A DNA stretch of 32,000 bases from Pyrobaculum aerophilum str. IM2 (GCF_000007225.1 NC_003364.1:990001-1022000), one strand, 5' to 3'. Shown: positions 1 to 7,592, numbered from the stretch's first letter. The notes: a model not told the origin generated them from the sequence alone. Program-made: numbers and translations.

Positions 1-479
1 GTCGGCATTTTGGCCACAAGCTTCTCGGCTATTCTATACGCAAGCTCCTTCTCCTCGGCTTTATACCTGCCTACTGATAACGCCTCTATTAATTTCTGGT
101 TGTCTTCATCGTACGCGCCCTCCGCCGCCACAGCCGCCTCTAGCGCAAACATGGGATGGGCCTTGGCGAGGTTTCTAATTACCTCAACTGTCGCCGGGTG
201 GAGCTCTCTGTATTTTTTCATTCTATTAATGTAATCTTCAAGCTCCCTCTTCGTCGGCAACCTCCCATATAGAATGAGGTACGAGACCTCTTCATAAGTA
301 GAGAGCCTGGCCAACTCTTCTATCCTATACCCTCTGTACCAAAGAATGCCCTTCTCGCCGTCTATATCGCTTATTGATGTGCTTTTTATCAAAACGTCTT
401 CTAAACCGTGAATAATGGGACCACAGGGAGACTGAAGAATTTTACCCGTAGTTTTTACCTGAACAGTTTGTTCACTCAT
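1..479 (-). CDS. citrate synthase / 2-methylcitrate synthase family, N-terminal part (3' end lies outside the window)
   Basis: Reverse-strand ORF open to the window edge, with ATG at 479-477. Hand translation gives MSEQTVQVKTTGKILQSPCGPIIHGLEDVLIKSTSISDIDGEKGILWYRGYRIEELARLSTYEEVSYLILYGRLPTKREL. The GLEDV...IDGxxGxLxYRGYxIxxLA...EEVxYLxLxGxLP pattern is typical of citrate synthase N-termini. It is absent from the ORF track because it is truncated. Confidence 0.85.
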   Translation of the reverse strand, partial: MSEQTVQVKTTGKILQSPCGPIIHGLEDVLIKSTSISDIDGEKGILWYRGYRIEELARLSTYEEVSYLILYGRLPTKRELEDYINRMKKYRELHPATVEVIRNLAKAHPMFALEAAVAAEGAYDEDNQKLIEALSVGRYKAEEKELAYRIAEKLVAKMP

Positions 480-606
480 ATGGGCATTTTAATATTAATG
501 AATAATTTACATTGACTTTAGATAATTGCGTAAGTAGTTTTCACATAAGTCGAATCAGATAGGATGCCGACAGTCATACCTCCTCCGGGTTCTAATCATC
601 ACAAAA

Positions 607-1191
607 TCAAAACACCCTTAGAATATTAATACATCTCCACTCCAGGGGAGTTAGGACGTCGGCAAAGGTGTCGCCGCAAGCAACGATTACAGAGGCGTCT
701 CGGCGCACACGCGATTTCAAAGCCTCGGCGAGGGCAACGTCGTAGTGCTCTAAGGGCTCTCCAATAGGGGGTATCAGGAGGTTTCCTCCCCTTGACTCCA
801 CTATTAAAACGCCGCATGAGCCAAGCCTTATTAGCGAGTCGCGGGTTTTTAAAACATCGCCTACCTCCCCCTCGACGACGTGGGCCACGCACCTTTTCCC
901 ACATAGTAATTTTCTAGCCTCGTCTACTGTGAACATGCCGGATATTCCGCATAAATTCAACGCGTCTCTGAGGAAGATCTCGCCCTGCTCTGATATTTTC
1001 ACCCCGCCTTTTAAAACTATCACATGGCCTAAGTCCTTGCCGCCTTCCAGCAACGTCCTTACCACTCCCTCCCCGATTCTGAGCTCTTCTGCGAGGTTTT
1101 TCCTTCCCCTGGGGGTCCTCGAGGCGCTGAGAATAGCCAGCATTTGCAAATAGGCCACCTCTCTAGCCCTCACGTGCTGTACTACACACAC
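607..1191 (-). CDS. hypothetical protein with probable N-terminal winged-helix segment (possible crenarchaeal DUF4443-like regulator)
   Basis: A 194-codon ORF. The start is uncertain: GTG 1191, GTG 1173 or ATG 1143. The N-terminal stretch LAILSASRTPRGRKNLAEELRIGEGVVRTLL looks like an HTH. The family assignment is from memory only. Confidence 0.6.
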   Translation of the reverse strand: MCVVQHVRAREVAYLQMLAILSASRTPRGRKNLAEELRIGEGVVRTLLEGGKDLGHVIVLKGGVKISEQGEIFLRDALNLCGISGMFTVDEARKLLCGKRCVAHVVEGEVGDVLKTRDSLIRLGSCGVLIVESRGGNLLIPPIGEPLEHYDVALAEALKSRVRRDASVIVACGDTFADVLTPLEWRCINILRVF

Positions 1192-1192
1192 C

Positions 1193-1209
1193 TTAAAAAG
1201 TTTTTAAAC
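1193..1209. promoter_or_regulatory. A/T box (ttaaaaagtttttaaac) in a divergent intergenic region; TATA-like element for the TIP49 gene and possibly the opposite gene
   Basis: The centre lies about 26 nt upstream of the ATG at 1230, matching the leaderless promoter spacing seen at other genes in this window. Confidence 0.45.
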
Positions 1210-1229
1210 GGGATATGTAGTGCCGAATT

Positions 1230-2582
1230 ATGTCCATAAAGATTGAAGAGGTTAAAACTCAGTTTGAGCGTTTCGCCGCCCACAGCCATATAAAAGGCCT
1301 GGGCGTGAGGGATGGGAAAGTGGAATTTATAGGCGATGGCTTTGTCGGCCAAGTGGAGGCCCGCGAGGCGGCGTATATAGTTGTGAAGATGATAAAGGAG
1401 GGTAAATTCGCCGGTAAGGGCGTATTAATCGTAGGTCCCCCCGGCACTGGGAAAACGGCGTTGGCTTTGGGAATTGCGAGAGAGCTCGGCTCAGAGACGC
1501 CTTTTGTTGCGCTGTCAGGCGGCGAGATTTACTCGCTAGAAGTAAAGAAGTCGGAATTCCTTATGCGGGCACTACGCAGGGCAATTGGGATTAAGGTGAG
1601 GGAGTGGAGGAAGGTTTACGAGGGAGAGGTGAGGTCAATAGAACTGCGATACGGAAAGCATCCATACAACCCCTATTTACAGAGGGTAATGGGGGCCACT
1701 ATTAAATTGAGGACTAGAGACGAAGAGAAAGTTTTGCGAATTCCCGCGGAGATAGCTCAGCAGATTATTGAACTAGGAGTCGAAGAGGGCGATATCATTA
1801 TGATAGACGAGGAAACCGGCGCGGTGTCTGTTTTAGGTAGGGGAGAAGGCGGAGAGCAATACGACGTCGCGATTAAGAGAAGGGCGGAGCTGCCCAAGGG
1901 CCCCGTGTACAAGGAGAAAGAGATAGTGAGGTTTTTCACTCTGCACGATATAGACGTCTCTCTGGCGAGGCAGAGAGGCCTCATCTCGGCGATGATTTTC
2001 GGTTTTGCAGAGGAGGTAAAGGAGATACCCGACGAGGTTAGGAGGCAGAGCGACGAGATAGTGAAAAAGACTGTGGAGGAGGGCAAGGCGGAGCTGGTGC
2101 CCGGGGTGTTGTTTATAGACGATGCCCATCTGCTCGACATTGAGAGCTTTTCCTTCTTAATGCGGGCTATGGAGACGGAATTCGCCCCAATAATTATCAT
2201 GGCGACTAATAGGGGGATAGCTAAAATAAGGGGTACAGACGTCGAGGCTCCGCACGGCATTCCTCAAGACATGCTGGACAGGCTTGTTATTATAAAGACC
2301 AGGCCTTACACAGCCGAGGAGATAAGGGAGATTATTACCATTAAGGCAAAAGAGCAGAACATCTCGCTGAGTAAAGACGCCCTTGAGCTCCTAACTAAAA
2401 TAGGCGTTGAGCACTCTCTGCGTTATGCGTTACAACTTCTCACCCCTGCTTATATAATCGCAAAGGAGAGGGGAAAAGCCAGCGTCACAAAAGACGAGGT
2501 GGAATACGTAAAATCTCACTTTATATCAGTGAAAGAATCTGTTGAATACGTAAAGTCTTTAGAGGAGAAGTTTTTAAGATAA
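1230..2582 (+). CDS. TIP49 / RuvB-like AAA+ ATPase (TBP-interacting protein homologue)
   Basis: A 450-aa ORF with Walker A GPPGTGKT, Walker B VLFIDDAH and overall RuvBL1/2-like sequence (HSHIKGLG..., ...IIMATNRG...). Confidence 0.93.
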   Translation: MSIKIEEVKTQFERFAAHSHIKGLGVRDGKVEFIGDGFVGQVEAREAAYIVVKMIKEGKFAGKGVLIVGPPGTGKTALALGIARELGSETPFVALSGGEIYSLEVKKSEFLMRALRRAIGIKVREWRKVYEGEVRSIELRYGKHPYNPYLQRVMGATIKLRTRDEEKVLRIPAEIAQQIIELGVEEGDIIMIDEETGAVSVLGRGEGGEQYDVAIKRRAELPKGPVYKEKEIVRFFTLHDIDVSLARQRGLISAMIFGFAEEVKEIPDEVRRQSDEIVKKTVEEGKAELVPGVLFIDDAHLLDIESFSFLMRAMETEFAPIIIMATNRGIAKIRGTDVEAPHGIPQDMLDRLVIIKTRPYTAEEIREIITIKAKEQNISLSKDALELLTKIGVEHSLRYALQLLTPAYIIAKERGKASVTKDEVEYVKSHFISVKESVEYVKSLEEKFLR

Positions 2583-3041
2583 TTTCTTTTCAGCAATATA
2601 AATATTATAAATTGAATACAAAATAAAGACTTGGCCTATATCTAGATATATTTGAATATTATTTTTTACGTTTATCGTGTAAAAGAGGGGATAGATAGAG
2701 ACGCCGTAGCCAGGCGGCGACGACGTAAAGAGAAGGGTTAAGTAGTGGAAGACTGCCGCGGCAATTGACAGCATCGCTAACGTCCACCTAGCCCTTGCGT
2801 TAGGCTTGACGAAAAACGTCGCGACAATTGCGGCGAAAAGGAGTATTGTAAATATCACAGTTATCCTCCACGCGTAAAGCCAGAGAGGCGTAGAGGCGAT
2901 ATCTTTAACTCCATCAGGCGTCAACACTTTGTTAGACGGCGGCCTGATGGCGTCTGCTACAAACCGCTCCACTGGCATAAAGGCAGACGCAATGGCTACT
3001 ATAACGATGGCAATAAATAAGACTACTAATTGGCGCGTCAT
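2574..3041 (-). CDS. small polytopic membrane protein (about 4 TM segments), function unknown
   Basis: I place the start at ATG 3041-3039 (MTRQLVVLFIAIVIVAIASA...) rather than the track start at 3086, because the upstream codons belong to the duplicated 28-mer and cassette end. Several hydrophobic segments are present. The gene overlaps the convergent TIP49 3' end by 9 bp. Confidence 0.7.
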   Translation of the reverse strand: MTRQLVVLFIAIVIVAIASAFMPVERFVADAIRPPSNKVLTPDGVKDIASTPLWLYAWRITVIFTILLFAAIVATFFVKPNARARWTLAMLSIAAAVFHYLTLLFTSSPPGYGVSIYPLFYTINVKNNIQIYLDIGQVFILYSIYNIYIAEKKLS

Positions 3042-3065
3042 CTTATAGACTGTAAAATTCTGTAT
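3038..3065. repeat. left copy of a perfect 28-bp direct repeat tcatcttatagactgtaaaattctgtat
   Basis: Identical to 5070-5097 when read base by base. The flanking bases differ on both sides (g/a before, c/t after). Confidence 0.95.
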
Positions 3066-4224
3066 CATTTTTTGTTGCGCCAGCATACCACCTTAACAGC
3101 TCCCAACCGATACCCCTAAGTCTTGTCAAGGCGAATAGGTGATTTGTGACAAGTTTTACAGTTCCACTCTTTCCCTTTATCGCCTCGTCGCCGAGAAGTG
3201 TGGCTAGCACTAGGGCCTTCTCGTCATTTAGCCTCACGCTGGCTTGAATTCTTCCTCCAGTCGCGCCCCAAGTGAAATAGAAAGTCTTCACCACGCCGTT
3301 AATTTCGTACTCCACCACAACCCTAGGCCTGTTGTTATCCCATTCCACTCTCACACCTCTTATCACCGCTTTAATCCCCCTCTCGGCGTCTTCAGCCACT
3401 AATCCCCTAGGGTCGACGGTCTCGGCCTCCCTAGCCGGCCTTAGGTATTCCTCTAACAAGTCGGAGAAGCCCCTAGCTTTTGCAATCTCCTCCAAGCGTC
3501 TTAGCGCTCTCTCGGCCCAATCAATGCCCTGCCTTCTCAGCTCCTCTAAGCGCCAAATGCTGGTTGGCATTTTGAGGTACACGTGGCCCTTCGCACCGCC
3601 CTCCGGTCTTTTCGCAGTGAAGTGTACTCCCTCCACAAAGCCCGCACCCTTAAGCGCCTTTACAGCAGCGTCAAAGGCGGCAGAAGAGCCAGGCTGGTAT
3701 ACGATTACTAGCCACTTGGTTTTTCCGCTCTTTGTTTCCTTTTCTCTAAACCATACGCTTAGCTCCGCGCCAGCTATCTCAACTACGTTAGGTCCGGCGT
3801 TAATCTCTGTTAGCAATCTATCCCTCTGTTCCTTGCCTATTAAACCCCTCTTGTGCAACTCCTCCACGAGTGCCCTAACAGCGTCCAGCCACTCCACGCG
3901 GCGTATTGCGGTTATGGAATCTGTATACAGATTAACGCGCCAATCTCCGCCGTATTCCTTAACCTCAACTTTGGCACCTAGTACGCTCAGTATTGAAGCT
4001 AACCTCTCTGCATTTTCTTTGGCGCCATTGAAGTAGGCAAGTAGGCTTTTTCTATCCCGCCTTACGCTCACACGGGCAATTTCGTTCCCCTTTTCATCCC
4101 TGAACCTTACCTCAACCCACGGGTCAACACCAGGCGGGCTGTACAACGTATATTCAATTTTCAACTTGTCAATGTCTCTTTCCACGTGCCTCTTAATGTT
4201 ATCAATTTTTAAAGATGTGGTCAT
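3043..4224 (-). CDS. PaREP2b-like protein, short variant with one ALKxxGxxEGxHFT module and a disrupted N-terminal domain
   Basis: Clear homology to 7704..9581 and 24403..26325 (ENAERLASILSVLGAKVEVK..., AGPNVVEIAGAELSV..., RPAREAETVD...). The first in-frame ATG is at 4224 (MTTSLKIDNIK); the track ORF extends to 4332. The last 6 codons and the stop come from the duplicated target. Confidence 0.75.
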   Translation of the reverse strand: MTTSLKIDNIKRHVERDIDKLKIEYTLYSPPGVDPWVEVRFRDEKGNEIARVSVRRDRKSLLAYFNGAKENAERLASILSVLGAKVEVKEYGGDWRVNLYTDSITAIRRVEWLDAVRALVEELHKRGLIGKEQRDRLLTEINAGPNVVEIAGAELSVWFREKETKSGKTKWLVIVYQPGSSAAFDAAVKALKGAGFVEGVHFTAKRPEGGAKGHVYLKMPTSIWRLEELRRQGIDWAERALRRLEEIAKARGFSDLLEEYLRPAREAETVDPRGLVAEDAERGIKAVIRGVRVEWDNNRPRVVVEYEINGVVKTFYFTWGATGGRIQASVRLNDEKALVLATLLGDEAIKGKSGTVKLVTNHLFALTRLRGIGWELLRWYAGATKNDTEFYSL

Positions 4225-4556
4225 TGTAAATGACTTGCTCTCTGCCAAGTGTCCACAAGGCTGAAAGATCTCCCCACACGAGGAAGAACATTTTTGTGAC
4301 GTATTTAGTGTCGAAGAAAATCTTAACTGCATCTTTACTTACATATATTCCCTTGATGCCTACGCCGTATTTCGCGACAAGGAGTATGTACAGCGCGATT
4401 TTGTCGTACATATCAAGCAGGAGGCGTTTTGTGTCGTTATCAACTCTGAAGTTGTCAAGCGTGAGAGACGCTTCGCCAGTCCTCACATGTCAGTCAAAAA
4501 GCACTGCGTAGGCGAGGAATTTCACGACCTCTTCCTCTAACACGTCTATTACGGCG
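4225..4556 (-). pseudogene. degenerate N-terminal region of PaREP2b-like gene A (in-frame TGA plus frame change)
   Basis: The reverse-strand reading ...VVKFLAYAVLFD*HVRTGEASLTLD...LLVAKYGVGIKGIYVSKDAVKIFF... aligns with the LSPLAYAVETHRRGELS... N-terminus of B and C. It is interrupted by a TGA and is out of frame with 3043..4224. Confidence 0.55.
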
Positions 4557-4557
4557 G

Positions 4558-4933
4558 TTGAAGATTAAGGAAGAGGCGCTGGGCTCAGCGGCTGGGTGGT
4601 ATTTTCAATGCTTTGGAGAAACTGCAAACCCACTGAAAGTAGCAAAGAGGCTAGAGGAGTATTTCGCGCTGTGCCAGATGCGGACAGCGGCCAAGAGGGA
4701 ATTCGGAGTGGCGCTATCGGAGAGGGCGCTAAGAGGGGCCTTTTGGTGGGATGGGGAGTGGACGGGCAAGCCCGTGTCGTGCCTCGTCACGGAGAGGGAG
4801 GCGATGTGCAAGTGGGGGAAGTGCCAAGTGGAGATTTGCGGCGAGGGCGGGGACAGACGGCGTGTACATAAAGCCCGAAAGCCCCCTCTACCAGGAGTGG
4901 ATTAAGGCGGCCCACAGCGGCGGCGACAGTTGA
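4558..4933 (+). pseudogene. PaREP2a-like gene, frameshifted
   Basis: Frame 1 (4558..4905) carries ...ALRGAFWWDGEWTGKPVSCLVTEREAMCKWG. The conserved C-terminus KWRFAARAGTDGVYIKPESPLYQEWIKAAHSG lies in a second frame (4751..4933). There is one extra nucleotide relative to copy C within 4811-4830. Confidence 0.7.
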
Positions 4934-5069
4934 GGCGACGTGTGTAAAAGTGGCGCTACCAGAGGCCTTTTCCCTGCTTAATAATAAAGCCAATGGATTT
5001 GCCAATTTATTAACAATATATAGAAAGGAGAAACTCTATGTAGAAAGTATAATAGAAATTAAATGAATA

Positions 5070-5097
5070 TCATCTTATAGACTGTAAAATTCTGTAT
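5070..5097. repeat. right copy of the perfect 28-bp direct repeat
   Basis: Identical to 3038-3065. Here it encodes the last 9 codons and the TGA of the S2P protease gene. Confidence 0.95.
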
Positions 5098-6578
5098 TGT
5101 TCCCCTAATACGCCGAGGGCCAGGTTGAAAATTAAAATCGCCGCCAAAATCCACGTAACGGCGCTCACGACAGCGCCTCCCTTCTTCTCGCCTAGCTTGC
5201 GCTGGACTACTGCGGCTAGTAGCTGACCTCCGTCCAGCGGGTAGATGGGCAATGCGTTAAGCACAGCTAAGCCGTAGTTCACCACTATAAGCCAAAAGAT
5301 TAGTTTTGTAAAGTCGGTGTTGTAAAGCTCATTTCTTTTAATAGGCCCCTCGTCGTATCCCAACATTGGCAAACTGCCAGGCCCTAGGCCGTAGAATATC
5401 TTCCCTCCTCTTTCCACCAGCGTGACGTTTAAAACGAGTAAAGTGGCGTTTCTCTGCACATACACCTTCACCACGTCGCCGGGTTTACACACGCCTCTTG
5501 TCTCAATTACTGCTTTAAGCAGCTCCCCCCCGCTTCTCACTTCCCACACACGGCCGCAGCCTTCTATTTTTTTCACGACGTCTCCAGGCCTGACGCCTCC
5601 CAGATATAAAGAGCCGTCCGTGTAAAGCCAGTTAATCCTAGGAGACGTCGTAAAATTGGCGTAGTCGAGCGTTACTTCGTATTTGTGTAGCCAAGAGCTC
5701 GCCACAAGGGTTACTTTATCGCCTGGTTTACAGTCCGCTGTCTTGTTCACGCCTAAAAGCGGCCCCAGGCCGGCCAATATATTTAGCTTAGTTATAAAAT
5801 CGTCAGGAGTGTAGACTTTCTCATGCATCCCGCAACCGCGTATTTCAATTACTCTGTCGCCAGCTGGTATGTTATAGGCTGAGACTCCGAACACAGCCCC
5901 TTGTAGGCCCGCCCAAGCGCCCAGGACGCCTATTAGCATGGCGGCTAAAGCTAATACCACGTTAACGGCGACTCCGCTGGCTAGAACAGCCGCCTTCGCC
6001 TCTACACTTGCTTTTTTAAAACTATCCTCGTCAGGCTCAACAAAAGCCCCGCTTAATACGTAAAATATGGAGAATACTCCGACGGATTTTACAGGTATGT
6101 TATATCTAAGCGCCGCGTATCCGTGCATTAACTCGTGCAAAACCACAGCAAGTACGACGGCTACGGCCATGTAGGGCAACTGATCCCACGGCAGCGTAAC
6201 CCCTGGTATGATGGGGGTAACCCCCGCAGAGCGCGACGCCGCCTCTGCCACCGACGCGCCTCCGAGGAGCGACTGCACGGCGTTAAACGCGCCGCTTATT
6301 AACATGAAGAGAAAGCCTTGTATTATTAGAATCTGCCCATCTGGCCTCACAAAAGGCATTGCCAAGAATACAGGCAAGGCGAATAAAACCAGCACAACTA
6401 TTAAATACGCCTTTTTGGGCACAAAGCTAAGTCTTTTAGTGAACTTGACGACGTATTTCACTAAGTTTTCGCTTTTCCAGTATATAGCTACGTAATATTT
6501 TACAGCCTTTTTATTTATGATATACACTACTGCGATTATTACAAACCAACTGGCTATGAACACTATGACGGAGTCCAC
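5070..6578 (-). CDS. site-2 protease family (M50) membrane metalloprotease with PDZ-like insert
   Basis: A 502-aa ORF with an HELMHG zinc motif in a TM segment, the C-terminal NALPIYPLDGG motif typical of S2P/RseP, multiple TM helices and a large central soluble insert. Confidence 0.88.
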   Translation of the reverse strand: MDSVIVFIASWFVIIAVVYIINKKAVKYYVAIYWKSENLVKYVVKFTKRLSFVPKKAYLIVVLVLFALPVFLAMPFVRPDGQILIIQGFLFMLISGAFNAVQSLLGGASVAEAASRSAGVTPIIPGVTLPWDQLPYMAVAVVLAVVLHELMHGYAALRYNIPVKSVGVFSIFYVLSGAFVEPDEDSFKKASVEAKAAVLASGVAVNVVLALAAMLIGVLGAWAGLQGAVFGVSAYNIPAGDRVIEIRGCGMHEKVYTPDDFITKLNILAGLGPLLGVNKTADCKPGDKVTLVASSWLHKYEVTLDYANFTTSPRINWLYTDGSLYLGGVRPGDVVKKIEGCGRVWEVRSGGELLKAVIETRGVCKPGDVVKVYVQRNATLLVLNVTLVERGGKIFYGLGPGSLPMLGYDEGPIKRNELYNTDFTKLIFWLIVVNYGLAVLNALPIYPLDGGQLLAAVVQRKLGEKKGGAVVSAVTWILAAILIFNLALGVLGEQYRILQSIR

Positions 6579-6616
6579 AGACGCCTAAAGATATGTATAT
6601 TAATTTGTGTCGCGAT

Positions 6617-7210
6617 CTAGATCTCTATCGACGCCCCGGCGCCAATTCGATACACGTTAAATTTCTTTTCCAAATCTTTTACAAGTTGCGGCGCTGTGTG
6701 GAGGGCCACAACGCACTTGACGCCTAAAAGCCTAAGTTCGGCGTTAATTCTGTGCACCACATAGGGATTGTAGCTCGTCCCCCCCAAGCCCCCCACTAAA
6801 CACCTCGCCTTTACTCCCCTCCGCGAGAGCTTGTGGTAGGGGATGGAGTATAAGCCGCAGGGCGAAATCACCACGCCGTCTATATACAGTAAATTCTCCC
6901 CCCTCTCCTTAAATACTATATATCGCTTTCCGCGCAGTATAAACGCCATGTCGTTTGGCGGGCTAATTACGGGCACTTTAAAAACGCCGAAACCCCCGGC
7001 GTGGTGCCCGTTTCCCGGCACCCCCTCTATTCCAATTAAAGGCCTCACTGACGCCTTAGCTACAAACTGGACCGCCGCCTCTTTGCTACAGCTGTCAAAA
7101 AGCAATACGTCGTCTACGATAACGCCAAATCCATGACTGGGCTCTGTCGCCCCTGGAAATTCGGAACATACAGCAGTTATTTTTACCACTGGAGTTCGGC
7201 CGCCTCCCAA
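6617..7210 (-). CDS. metallo-beta-lactamase-fold-like protein (COG1237-like), short and with a degenerate metal motif
   Basis: A 197-codon ORF with a TTG/GTG start. VVKITAV...SHGFGVIVDDVLLFDSC... resembles the N-terminus of MBL-superfamily proteins, but GNGHHAGG occupies the position of HxHxDH. The functional call is weak. Confidence 0.5.
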   Translation of the reverse strand: MGGGRTPVVKITAVCSEFPGATEPSHGFGVIVDDVLLFDSCSKEAAVQFVAKASVRPLIGIEGVPGNGHHAGGFGVFKVPVISPPNDMAFILRGKRYIVFKERGENLLYIDGVVISPCGLYSIPYHKLSRRGVKARCLVGGLGGTSYNPYVVHRINAELRLLGVKCVVALHTAPQLVKDLEKKFNVYRIGAGASIEI

Positions 7211-7214
7211 TAAA

Positions 7215-7330
7215 AACTTTCGGTGTGGCTGAAGAGCTGAAAGAGGCGTTTTGGCGGGATGGGGGTGGCTGGGTTAATCCCTTTCATGTTTTGTGATGGG
7301 GCTGGGAGCGATATGTGACTCGGACGACTT
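7215..7330 (+). pseudogene. relic of a fourth PaREP2a-like sequence
   Basis: gaggcgttttggcgggatgggggtggctggg matches ggggccttttggtgggatggggagtggacggg of copy A (17 of 19 identical in the core). It translates to EAFWRDGGGW..., compared with GAFWWDGEW..., then is broken by stops. Confidence 0.5.
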
Positions 7331-7348
7331 TATGATGGTGTATTACGT

Positions 7349-7549
7349 CTAGTGTTGCCTTACGTGATGTTTATACTGCTGGCTCTTTACCTTTGAGTTG
7401 CATATGGGACAAACGACGTCATTTCCGCTTTTCTTTCCGTGATCTATATAGTGAGATACGACGTGCCTCCAGTCCACCTCTTTTTTACAATAGTGCACTT
7501 CACAGTAGTCACAGGCCTTGCGTAGTTCTGATCCGTACAGGCATAGCAC
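7349..7549 (-). CDS. small zinc-finger protein (CxxC...C plus C-terminal C2H2-like CPICx11HHx3H); the start is problematic
   Basis: A 66-codon ORF with only a GTG start. A 39-codon ORF (7444..7563) in the adjacent frame starts at an ATG correctly spaced from a TATA box. The two frames overlap at an A_AAA_AAG heptamer (see findings). Confidence 0.6.
   Translation of the reverse strand: MLCLYGSELRKACDYCEVHYCKKEVDWRHVVSHYIDHGKKSGNDVVCPICNSKVKSQQYKHHVRQH
7480..7486 (-). other. A_AAA_AAG heptamer (A6 run) at the junction of the two overlapping reading frames of the zinc-finger gene
   Basis: Reverse-strand codons GTA AAA AAG in the ATG-7563 frame. A -1 slip, or an A7 allele, continues into AAA AAA GAG GTG GAC... 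of the 7349..7549 frame. Confidence 0.4.
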
Positions 7550-7582
7550 AGCTGGGCCTCCATAGCCTTACGAAAGTAACCA

Positions 7583-7592
7583 ATTTATAAAA
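7583..7592 (-). promoter_or_regulatory. TATA-like box ttttataaat
   Basis: The centre lies about 25 nt upstream of ATG 7563 on the reverse strand. Confidence 0.45.

Larger units (their letters stand above)
3066..5069. mobile_element. PaREP2-type cassette A (divergent PaREP2b-like and PaREP2a-like genes), inserted between the S2P protease gene and its downstream membrane-protein gene
   Basis: Bounded by the 28-bp direct repeat. Excising it restores an ATGA stop/start overlap between the flanking genes. The content is homologous to cassettes B and C in this window. Confidence 0.75.

Noticed and set aside
3332-4036. Long antisense ORFs opposite real genes (this one, plus 1757..2260, 5422..5625, 8686..8931, 13574..13825, 15252..15614, 23077..23475, 24883..25194, 26436..26864, 30043..30399 and others)
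   Set aside because: They have Ser/Leu/Pro-rich low-complexity composition and each lies fully inside a well-supported gene on the opposite strand. These are typical shadow ORFs.
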